Shown here piece by piece: positions 53,421 to 64,000 of a DNA stretch of 64,000 nt. Source of the stretch: Octopus vulgaris (lineage: Eukaryota); the NCBI GenBank assembly GCA_951406725.2, contig OX597823.1, forward strand, positions 116,932,001 to 116,996,000, given 5' to 3'. The notes under the pieces are model-generated. The model had not been told where the DNA came from. It did no database searches and saw only the letters and a program-made list of their open reading frames with translations. The position numbers and the translations under genes were made by a program. Every line of letters starts with the position of its first letter. The stretch's first letter is position 1.

Positions 53421-54015
53421 TTTGTGTAGGTTGATAGACATACACACACAGATAGGTATACAGACAAAAAGGTACACACTGGATATGTCTATGCATTCAC
53501 ACATAACTTAAAAACAGATATACATACATAAATACACAAGTGAATTTATATATACAGACTCCTTAACAAAAGCACATATACACAAACACATGTGGAATGT
53601 GACATATATAGTATTAGACACATATACATATAAATTCACCTGTACACACTCGTATGCATATTCTATGGGAACCTATAGTAACACGTGGCCAAATCACACG
53701 CACAGACACACACCCACACAAGCATTCACACGCAGCTGAGAGAGACGGATTCTAACAACCAAGAATACAAATTCAGTCTTTGTGATGTCACAAACAACTG
53801 GAGAAATTCCAAATGAAAATCCTAACTCTGAATTATAATTTCCTTCCCTTTTTGTTGTTGTTTTTTTTTTTAAAGAAGTTGTTGTTGTTTTGCTGTTTTT
53901 ACTTGGTCTACACAAAAACAGAATGTAATTGAACATCTACAAGCTGGCAGCAAAATTTATATTCTATTTCTGCTACCAACGCCAACATCATCAACATCAA
54001 CAGAATCACAATCAG

Positions 54016-54056
<41 letters not shown>

Positions 54057-54249
54057 ATATGACAAACATATCTGAGATGACATTGTGTATTCATGTCTAT
54101 TTTAGTGCTGAGTGTCACTTCTCAGTATTTTATGCTTTCTTTTAACATACACCTTTATCAAACACTAAAATTATGATAATCATGCAAACATACAGATATA
54201 TATGTGTATATATATATATATATTGAAAATTAATTTGTGCAAAAATCAC

Positions 54250-54253
54250 ATAT

Positions 54254-54286
<33 letters not shown>

Positions 54287-54323
54287 TGTTTGCATGTATG
54301 TCATAATTTTATGTGTGTGTATG

Positions 54324-54405
<82 letters not shown>

Positions 54406-54444
54406 TATGTATGTATATATATATACATATATATGTATGTATAT

Positions 54445-54488
<44 letters not shown>

Positions 54489-54539
54489 TATGTATGATAT
54501 ATATATATATATATACATATATATATGTATGTATATCTG

Positions 54540-54623
<84 letters not shown>

Positions 54624-54639
54624 TGTATGTATATATATG

Positions 54640-54701
<62 letters not shown>

Positions 54702-54739
54702 TGTATGTATATATATATGTATATATATATATATATATG

Positions 54740-54782
<43 letters not shown>

Positions 54783-54815
54783 ATATATATATATACATAT
54801 ATGTATATATATATA
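54250..54815. repeat. (TA)n compound microsatellite
   Basis: Direct reading. Confidence 0.95.
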
Positions 54816-54973
54816 TCATCATCATCATCATCATCATCATTTAGCGTCCGTTCTCCATGCTAGCCTGGGTTGGACGGTTCAACTGGGGTCTGTGAAGCTG
54901 GAAGGCTTCATCAGGCCCAGTCAGATCTGGCAGTGTTTCTACGGCTGGATGCCCTTCCTAACGCCAACCACTC
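54816..54973 (-). mobile_element. Inverted RTE 3'-terminal segment
   Basis: Reverse complement of 55733-55900 with 3 substitutions and 1 indel by eye. Confidence 0.9.
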
Positions 54974-55865
54974 TGTATATGTAAAAGGCAGACTGAATGA
55001 TGCATGTGTACATACAGCCATGCTACATGGTAGTGAAACTTGGGCTGTGACTACTGAGGATTTGCGTAAGCTCGCAAGAAATGAAGCTAGTATGCTCCGA
55101 TGGATGTGTAACATCAGTGTTCATAATCGACAGAGTGTAAGTACCTTGAGAGAAAAGTTGAACCTAAGAAGCATCAGTTGTTGTGTGCAAGAGAGACGTC
55201 TGCGCTGGTATGGGCATGTGACGAGAATGGCTGAAGATAGTTGTGTGCGAAAGTGCCACACCCTGGCAGTTGAGGGGACCTGTGGAAGAGGTAGACCCAG
55301 GAAAACCTGGGTTGAGGTGATGAAGCACGACCTTCGAACTTTAGGTCTCACCAAGGAAATGACCAGAGACCGAGACCTTTGGAAGTATGCTGTGCATGAG
55401 AAAACCCGGCAAGACCAGTGAGAACACTCAAAATCAAAATCAAACCAAATCAATTCATATATCAGAAAGCAGAACCAAATTGAGGTCGATCAACATCAGT
55501 GGGAATTGCAGCTGTGGTTAAGCGAACCATCCAATCATGGTCGTTGCCGGCGCCGCCCCGTCTAGCCTCCGTGTCGGTGGCATGTAAAAGCACCATCCAT
55601 TCATGTCCGTTGCCAGCCTCGCCTGGCCCCCGTGCAGGTGACACATAAAAGCACCATCCGTTCATGGCCATTTGCCAGCTCTGTCTGGCACCTGTGCGGG
55701 TGGCACGTAAAATGCACCCACTACACTCACGGAGTGGTTGGCGTTAGGAAGGGCATCCAGCCGTAGAAACACTGCCTGATCTGACTGGGCCTGATGAAGC
55801 CTTCCAGCTTCACAGACCCCCAGTTGAACCGTCCAACCCATGCTAGCATGGAAAACGGACGCTAA

Positions 55866-55901
<36 letters not shown>
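54974..55901 (+). mobile_element. 5'-truncated RTE LINE (RT C-terminus to 55421, 3' UTR, (GAT)n)
   Basis: VKGRL..ACV.TAMLHGSETW...RRLRWYGHV...GRGRPRKTW. Confidence 0.92.
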
Positions 55902-56006
55902 TATGTATATATACATATATGTATGTATATATATGTATACATATATATATATACATATATGTATGTATATATATATATGTATGTATATATACATATATGT
56001 ATATAC

Positions 56007-56050
<44 letters not shown>

Positions 56051-56218
56051 GTATGTATATATACATATATGTATGTATATATATACGTATGTATATATAC
56101 ATATATGTATATACATATATATATACATACATATATATACATATATATATACATATATATATACATATATATATATATAATATATATACATATATATATA
56201 TACATATATATATATACA

Positions 56219-56301
<83 letters not shown>
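55902..56301. repeat. (TA)n compound microsatellite
   Basis: Direct reading. Confidence 0.95.
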
Positions 56302-56304
<3 letters not shown>

Positions 56305-56683
56305 GACACCCACTGTCCAATGGAGTGCTGAGTTGTCAAACATTTAAACCAAATTTTCTCAAAACAACTTGTCCGACAGTCCCATTATGTGGCATTATTT
56401 CAAGCCAGCCAGCTATTTTTGCACAAACTGCATGTGCATTTTTCCTGCATATGCGTAGTATCAATCGCAATAGATGATGTACTTGCATATACCAATGCAC
56501 GTTCCCACGGCTTTATCGTTCGCATTCTCACCTGGAATCGATTTTTGTAATTTTTTCAAGACTTATATATGCCCTGATACCGTCGGTATCCACATATCAA
56601 ATTTCAGTGCAATTGGATGGAGGATGCCCGAGATCCTAGAAGACACACACACAAACAGACAGAACGGATTTTATATAATAGAT
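56302..56683 (+). mobile_element. Probable Helentron/DINE-1-like non-autonomous element
   Basis: 5' short hairpin cacccactg..caatggagtg; 3' aaatttcagtgcaattgg...acaaacagacaga...ttttatataatagat. Confidence 0.45.
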
Positions 56684-56712
56684 GTGTATATATATATATA
56701 TGTCTATATATA

Positions 56713-57771
56713 CTGTAAAAACCCATGTAATTTATGCACTTTTTTCCGCAAATACAAAAATGAACTTTAGGGGGTGCATAAATTACATGCGTAGATCCTT
56801 TCCAGAATTTGTTTAGAAATTCTGTTTGTTGAAAAATGACGTACAAATGTAAGCATTCATACTGAAAGTTCACTCACTTAATGTCAGAATAGCTTTTTAC
56901 AGAAAAAATATAATGTAGTTGACTTTTTATATATGCTGGACAGTATAATGCTTACTTTTTCTGCATAAACTTACTAAAGCAATTAAATGGTTAGCCACTT
57001 TTTGAAGTTTGACGTTCATGCTAGTAATTAAAGTTAGGGCCATATTTTACATTGCTTGGAGTTTCTACCTATTGCAATGAAGCCCAGCAATTGCCTTAAA
57101 TAGATCAGTTTTTATCCACTTTAGAAGTCTAGCTTGCGTTTGCCTCCAGGAAGCTATTTATCGCTTTCTCCTCATTAGGACAATGAAATTCATCACCACC
57201 GACATCGCCGGAAAATCAGAGCTTGAGACAAGAAGACACGTTCGACCAATCAGAATTCTGTTTAGATAATCAGTTTGATTAGTCACCTTCCTCTGTTGGT
57301 TGAGTAAAGTGTGTTCCAAGCTGTTGTTTATTGATAATTAAACTTATTTTGCAACACTGTGCCTATTTATCAGCTTTGTTTTTGTTTATAAGAATTATCA
57401 AAACATTTTCTTATGATCATGATTTGAGAAGACATACAGAAGTTTGCTAAAGACCAAACATAATCTCTTTTGGGCAAGAAATGTAAAATAAAGTTTATCA
57501 TAAACAATACAAACACTTTGTAATTTAATAGCTTTCAATGTTGAACAGAAATTATTTTTATTTAATGAAAATTTAATAAAATCTAATCATAAGTAAGTGA
57601 AATTATGCCAAATACAACTAAAATGAAAACCTTTTTCCCCTGGCCATATTGGCAATTCTGAAAAATTTTGGATTCGAATTTTATATGAGTAGAAGCTTTT
57701 TTCAACAATTTTTATTCTGAAAATCACCTGTGTAAATTACACAGGTGTGCAAATTACATAGGTTTTTATGA
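56713..57771. mobile_element. pogo/Tigger-type non-autonomous DNA transposon
   Basis: TA-ctgtaaaaacccatgtaattt ... aaattacataggtttttatga-TA. Confidence 0.7.
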
Positions 57772-57782
57772 TATATATATAT

Positions 57783-60056
57783 ATTAGACAGAATGAGATA
57801 GCAAATCTAAGGCTGTGAGGAGTTTTCAGAACATTTATAATGAACTGGTCTTACAGCTGTTTCTGGGATATTATGGATATCTCTTCATCAGAGACAGTGT
57901 GAGAAAATATTTTAGTTCAAATTATTGTGGAAAAGGAGAAGATAAGGAATATAGAGTGAAATAAGAGAATGAAAGTAGAAATAAGATATATAAAGATATT
58001 GTAGTTGCAGTTTCATTATTTGAGGAAAATGGTGAATAGAAGGGGTAAAAATGTTTCTTGTACATGGTATGTAAGTTCCAGTAGCAGTTCATGTTTAGTC
58101 ATATCAAAGTATGGAGCTGTGGAATCAGTGTTGCTAATTTGAAAGGGTTTTGTGGTGTGAGTGAAAATTTGAGAATGTATTGATAGTATTTGTAGATAGA
58201 TGGAGGGAGGAGAGACGGGTAGGAGTAGAAAGAGGAGATTGGTCATATTTAAAACAGAAAGAGAAAATGAGAGGAAGAAAGTGAGGAAAAAAGAAAAGGA
58301 AAAATGAGAGAGAAAAAAACAAAGAGTGAAAAAATGAAGAAAGGGTGAAGGAAGTGAGAAAGGGAATGTTAGTTGGTGGTCAAGATATTGTGGTGGGAGG
58401 ATGGAAGAGATGAGAAGGTAAGGAGTAAAAGAATGTGAGTAGGGGTGATATGACAGCTGCATTAAGGGATGGGTAGAGAAAAGGCATGGGTGGGGTGATA
58501 CCAAAATGAGTTGTAATTTTGGTAGTAAAATATGAGATGGAGGGAAGAATACAAGGATGTCAAAAAACTATAAATAGACGTATATGGTAAGTTAGTGATA
58601 GGCCGGAATAGGAGAGGAGAAAAGAAGGTATAATGGCATATGCACACATGCACTGACATACATTTATATTTGTGAATATGTATACATATACACACACACA
58701 CATATATATATATATATACAGACATATACATACGTCTATACTTACACATGCATATATACACATGCATGGTCACATGCATCTGTAGATGTACTCTTTCATG
58801 CATATGCATGTGCATACACATACATATACATGCACAACCACATGTGTCCACTTGTATGTTCCTATATGTGGTATTAAATGATTGTGATCTTTTGAAGTAA
58901 GATCGGAGATTTAATTAAAAATTAAAATAAGTGAGGTTCTTGGGTGTTACTTACTGTGTGGTTATTTAGGTTGCATTTAGATTTGTGGTAAAGTTTGAAG
59001 GTAGGGAAAAAGCGGTGGTTGCATGTACTTAGGGCTACATTATATTTGTTTAGTGGTGTTGAGGAGTTGTGGAATGCCTCTTTAAGGCATAGTTTACAGG
59101 CTAAGCATTGACCTTGGTATGGAAGCCCTTAATCTAATATGGACCATGACAAAGTGTAAGGAATATTTTATTTTTGAGATGATGTATATGACTGGCAAGT
59201 GTTGTATCTCTCATATCTAAAAGAATCAAAATGAGCAGCATGTCACTGTTTATAATTTATGGGGGACTCTGTATATGTAGCTGTAGAATTGTGTAATGTG
59301 TTGAGGACGGTACATTTATAAATTACATTAGATTTTCTACAATGAGTTTGTAGGGGGCAGTTGGACCAAGGACGGCAGTTACAAGTGGGTGTATTTTGAG
59401 GATTATTTTCAGGAATGCCGGAGGTAAGACTGTCAGAGGAGAGGTTAGAGATGGGAGTAGAAAGGCCTAAGTTATTAGTATTATTAATATTATTATTACT
59501 ATTATTGTTATTATTGCTATCATTGTTGTTAATTATTCTATCTGTATGGGTGGTGGAAGTTGTGGTAGTATTCTGGGTAGTGTTATGGTTGTGGTCTTAC
59601 ATATAGTTTCAATGCTGGAGCTGTGTACATGTTGGGCACTCATGTATTTAGAGTTGTTATAGTGAGTTTGGATAGTAGAGAAAAAGCGTTTGTTTATTAG
59701 AGGCTGCTATGATAGATTCGAAGTTGGGTGGGGTGGAATAGGGTAGATTCAGGGTGGATCTATTAAAGATAGAGTAATATTTATATTGACAAGGGAAATT
59801 GGAGTCCAGTATATTAAAGAAGGATTTAGCTAAGTTCATAACATTAAGTGAGAAGCAGGGTGTAACCATAGAATAGAGCAACCACCACTTCTTTTTGAGT
59901 GGTTAGGGGTAGTGCTATCTCCTTGACGATTGGTATTATTTTGTTCAAAATATTTTTACTTACTTTTCCCAGATCAGATTTGGTGGGGCATATGAGGCAT
60001 ATCGATGGTTTGGTTATAAATTATTTCTTATGATCTTTGAGGTTGAAGTGTAAAGA
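57783..60056 (-). mobile_element. Penelope-like retroelement 3' part (RT C-terminus, Cys linker, GIY-YIG, long 3' UTR with hammerhead)
   Basis: NLAKSFFNILDSNFP...IFNRSTLNLPYS..PNFESII (59657-59881); TCNCRPWSNCPLQTHCRKSNVIYKCTV; TLASHIHHLKNKNIPYTLSWSIL; CKLCLKEA; LNK...CNH (58980-59390). Confidence 0.85.
57848..57895 (-). ncRNA. Minimal type-I hammerhead ribozyme candidate in the Penelope 3' end
   Basis: Minus strand gtct-CTGATGA-a-gagatat(ccata)atatccc-a-GAAA-cagctg-TA-agac. Confidence 0.72.
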
Positions 60057-61180
60057 ACATATATGTGTGTGTGTGTGTGTGTGTTCTTTACTTTGGGAAT
60101 AGTTATGTACATTCTGCTATTAATATTTTATCAAATAGATTGAACCTTACTGCCTCTACTCAGGTGTTAATAACATAACAATTTGATAATCTATCATGTT
60201 CACTAAATATCTTATGATAATAGTTGTACTGAAAATCATCTCTGGCCTGTGCACCAGTAGACATTTCTACTGAGGCACATTACAGCCTCATAGCCTAACA
60301 TACATGTGTGTGTGTGTGTGTGTATGTATGTCTGAATATTTATATATATATATGTATATATACACACACACATATATATCTATATAGAATGTTAAGCCAT
60401 CATCAGACTTCAAATTCACTGCCAACAACATTTTTATTTAAAACTAATAAATTTGTACTCTACAAAAGTATGACATAACCCATCATATATTAGGAAGCTA
60501 ATTGTTGACTGGTCATATAGAGCAACCACTAGTTTCACACAGAACAATTAACTTCCTAAAAATATATTACTGCTCTAATGTTTTAGATCGTGCTTCTTTA
60601 CTGGATATATGAACTAGTGCTTATATATGTGTGTATATATATATGTGTGAGAGAGAGAGAGAAAGAGAGAGAGAGTGTGTGTGTGTGTATGTAAATATAT
60701 AATTAAAACTAGTCACTCCTTAAAACTTTTCTCTTTTGCAACCTTGAGGTCATTCAATATTTCTTTCAAAATTACACCTTGTTTCCCCAAGCAAGACTCA
60801 AAACATTTAACTAAACTTTTCTTAACATAATCTTGTTTTTCCAATTTCATTTACCTTTTTATTCTATCCGAAAACATCCCAACCACATTTATTTTATTAA
60901 CTTGACTGGAAAGAACGTTATGGCTTATCCTAAGAGGGATTCTACTCTGCACCCATGGAAACAATACCATAGGAAAATTAAAACTATCAGCTTTATTATA
61001 AATATTAGTCACATTATATATATATATAGTATAATGTTAAAGAAGTATCTTGTTTTATTTCTGTAACTTGATGACAGTCAAGTGCACATGGCTTTCGTTG
61101 TTTAATCTCAGAACTGTCCTGATCCAGCACACCTATAATCACTATGACAAAAGACAGTCCTGATGTGACCATTCATCAAT

Positions 61181-61505
61181 ATCATCATCGTTTAACATCC
61201 GCTTTCCATGCTAGCATGGGTTGGACGATTGACTGAGGGCTAGCAAACCAGACGGCTGCACCAGGCTCCAATCTTGATCTGGCAGAGTTTCTACAGCAGG
61301 ATGCCCTTCCTAACACCACCCACTCCGATAGTGTAGTGAGTGCTTTTTATGTGCCACCTGCATGGGTGCCAGTCAGGCGGTACTGGCAATGACCTCGCTC
61401 AAATCTTTTTGCACATGCCACTGGCACAGGTGCCAGTAAGGTGATGCTGGTAACGATCACGCTCGAATGGTGCCTTTTACGTGCCACCGGCACGGAAGCC
61501 AGTTA
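61181..61505 (-). mobile_element. RTE 3' UTR or RTE-tailed repeat
   Basis: Reverse complement of the 4690-5009 type. Confidence 0.85.
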
Positions 61506-61744
61506 GTCACTCATACACAGTAGTATGTATGACTCCAATTTTTTCCTGCTTTTAAGCTTGTTTGTTGCAATTTGAGTGAAATTTAGCTACTATTTTCAGA
61601 TGGTTAAGCAACTGCATAGAGGTCCCCACATTGGCTCCTATAAGAACAGTGTTTTATTTTATTTTATAGTCTTCCCAGACACTGTGGTACCTGACTTTGA
61701 CTGCGGAGTTCTGTCAGTTATATGTTAACTATTCTTGTCAGTAT

Positions 61745-61975
61745 ATTTATTTATTCATTGCCCACAAGGGGCTAAACATAGAGAGGACAAACATGGATGA
61801 ACAAAGGGATTAAGTCGATTACATCGACCCCAGTGCCTAACTGGTATTTATTTAATCGACCCCGAAAGGATGAGAGGCAAAGTTGACCTCAGAGGAATTT
61901 GAACTGAGAACATAACGGCAGACGAAATACCGCTAAGCATTTTGCCCAGCATGCTAGCAATTCAGCCGGCTCTCC
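61745..61975 (-). mobile_element. SINE family C, tail type 2
   Basis: cccacaaggggctaaacatagagaggacaaac...cgaaaggatgagaggcaaagttgacc. Confidence 0.8.
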
Positions 61976-62114
61976 TGGCTTCAGAATAAACCCATTGGAA
62001 GAAACAGCTAATAAAGACAGCACCATAACAAAATAGTATTTGGAAATCAGCAGACAAAAATGAGAAATGTACCCAAGATTAAACTTGATGAGATAAAACC
62101 CAGCTTGAAATAAG

Positions 62115-62280
62115 AATTCTTTTTATTATAGGTACAAGGGCTGAAATTTTTGTGGGGAGAGGGCTGTTCGATTACATCGACCCCCAGTGCTTAAGTGGTA
62201 CTTTTTTTATCAACCCTGGAAGGATGGAAAGCAAAGTTAACTTCAGCAGAATTTGAATTCAGAATGTGGAGAGTCAGATA
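62115..62280 (-). mobile_element. SINE family C, tail type 1, partial
   Basis: ataggtacaagggctgaaattt...ggaaggatggaaagcaaagtt. Confidence 0.7.
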
Positions 62281-62559
62281 AACCCATTCACCAGAAAGAA
62301 AGTAGAATATTGGTAATTGTAAAATTCTTGCCGTGTGAAATCATGACTTCTGCTTTACTAATGGCACTTGTAGTGTTTTAAAGAAATATCTGAAGACCAC
62401 AACCCAATTGTTCCTGTGGAATATACATTCATGTTAAACGTATCAAATTTGCTTTTTCATATAAAAAAACTTGTCTTGTTAATGTAAGACACTGTTATTT
62501 AGCTACATTTTCTTCATCAATGTCGTTCTACAGCAACACATAAGTATACATACACACAA

Positions 62560-62734
62560 ACATACAACATACACACACGTATATATATATATATAATGTG
62601 TGTATGCATATATATATATATGTTTATGTATGTATATATATATATACATATATATATATATGTGTGTGTGTGTATATACATATATATATATGTATGTATA
62701 TACATATATATATATGCATATATATGTATGTGTG

Positions 62735-62779
<45 letters not shown>

Positions 62780-62800
62780 GTACACACGCACACACACACA
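62560..62800. repeat. TA/TG/CA compound microsatellite
   Basis: Direct reading. Confidence 0.9.
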
Positions 62801-63612
62801 ATAAGAGCAGATAAAAGGAATAAATAGTTATTATGATGAGACAGATTAAGTAAAAACTAGTTTCTCTATTAATAATGGTAGTGTTGGGAATTAATATTGA
62901 TAAGTGTGTTGTAACAATAATCTAGAAACCACAGAAGAAGAACAAGATTGAATTTATTTAATGTAAAAACATTGTATAACATAATAAATGTAACACTATC
63001 TAAGATTAAAAAAAAAAAGAAGAAGAAAAACTTTAATGAGGCATTTACATCAGACATTGATTTCAAAATATTAATACTTCATTGACTCTCGTCATCATAG
63101 TAGTAACCATCACTGCTACTATTTAGTTTTATGTGAGTTTCTACAGCCCCACCACCACCATCACCACCACCACCACCATCACCACCACATGTGTTTCTTT
63201 TCTCCAGAGGTGTGTGCAGCATTGTCTTTCATGGATGGACAACTGTTATGTTGACTGTATCATTTTTGCTTTAGTGTGTGGGCTTTGTTTTGTTGTTTCT
63301 TGTGCTATCTCAACGTGTCTTGTGTTCAGTAGAATCCAATAATAATAAAACTGCTAATGTGTTGATGTGTATATATGTAACTGAAACTTCCGTGTCTATC
63401 ACAGACTATCATGATTCTTAACTAAAGCTCACGCCATCTCTCAAGGTGACCGTTGAGCTAAACTAATCTGTTCGTTGGGTTGCCTCCTCTGGAGGCATCA
63501 AATAGAAACTTGAAGACAAAGGAAAAGAGAGGAAGAAGAAAAGAAAGAGGAAAAGGAAAAAGGGGGGTAAGAGAATTGTTTATTGACAGACAGTTTTGTT
63601 GAACAGTGTACT

Positions 63613-63901
63613 TGTTTGTTCCTTCTCGAGCCATGCCTGGGTCATAAGGGCCAGTTTCCCAGTTTCTTTGGTGTATAGGTTCCCCGCCTAGATGGGACGC
63701 CGGTCTGTCACAGGTGAGTTGCAAGATGGAGAAGGAAAGAATGAGAGAAGGTTGTGGCGAAAGAGTCAGCAGAAGTTTGCCATTCGCTTCTGCCAGAGCT
63801 GCGTGGAGCTTAGGTGTTTCACTCTTAAACACACACATCGCTTGGTCTGAGATTTGAACCCGCGATCCCACTACTCTAACCACTAGGCCATGTACCTCCA
63901 C
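63613..63901 (-). mobile_element. SINE family D, diverged subfamily
   Basis: Head ggaggtacatggcctagtggttag; gagagaaggttgtggcgaaagagt shared with the other copies; duplicated flank aacagtgtacttg. Confidence 0.75.
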
Positions 63902-64000
63902 AACAGTGTACTTGGCTTATAGTCACTCAATCTGCTGAAAATACCAGTCAAATCACTCCTTATTTCCCACTTCTTATATGTATAATCCATCCATCTTCTC

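Noticed and set aside
58016-58504. 162-aa F/S/L-rich ORF
   Set aside because: Low-complexity pyrimidine-rich UTR of the Penelope element

Overview
AT-rich eukaryotic intronic or intergenic DNA, most likely from a coleoid cephalopod (Octopus-like). That assignment is inferred from the SINE/LINE repertoire and the very high microsatellite load, not from a database match. I can support no host protein-coding exon, and the IYIY/HTHT-type ORFs in the track are microsatellite artefacts. The window is a dense transposon graveyard. Retroelements: a 3.4-kb CR1-group LINE (ORF1 tail plus EN-RT with about 3 lesions) inside a (TA)n array, further CR1/L2, RTE, R4/Dong, Tx1-like and I/Jockey-like fragments, a Penelope-like element (RT C-terminus plus GIY-YIG), and at least four tRNA-derived SINE families. 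DNA elements: two mariner and one DD37D (maT) transposase remnants, a Helitron helicase remnant, and pogo/hAT/piggyBac-type MITEs. The most notable signal is a set of type-I hammerhead-ribozyme motifs (34549-34598, 27276-27314, 57848-57895, degenerate at 2642-2700, 3004-3085 and 26953-27125). Several sit in short fold-back (inverted-repeat) inserts in TA-rich microsatellites, consistent with Penelope-derived mini-elements. Also notable are an RTE copy bracketed by inverted copies of its own 3' end and two SINE/LINE tail partnerships visible within the window. All calls were made by eye and boundaries are approximate.
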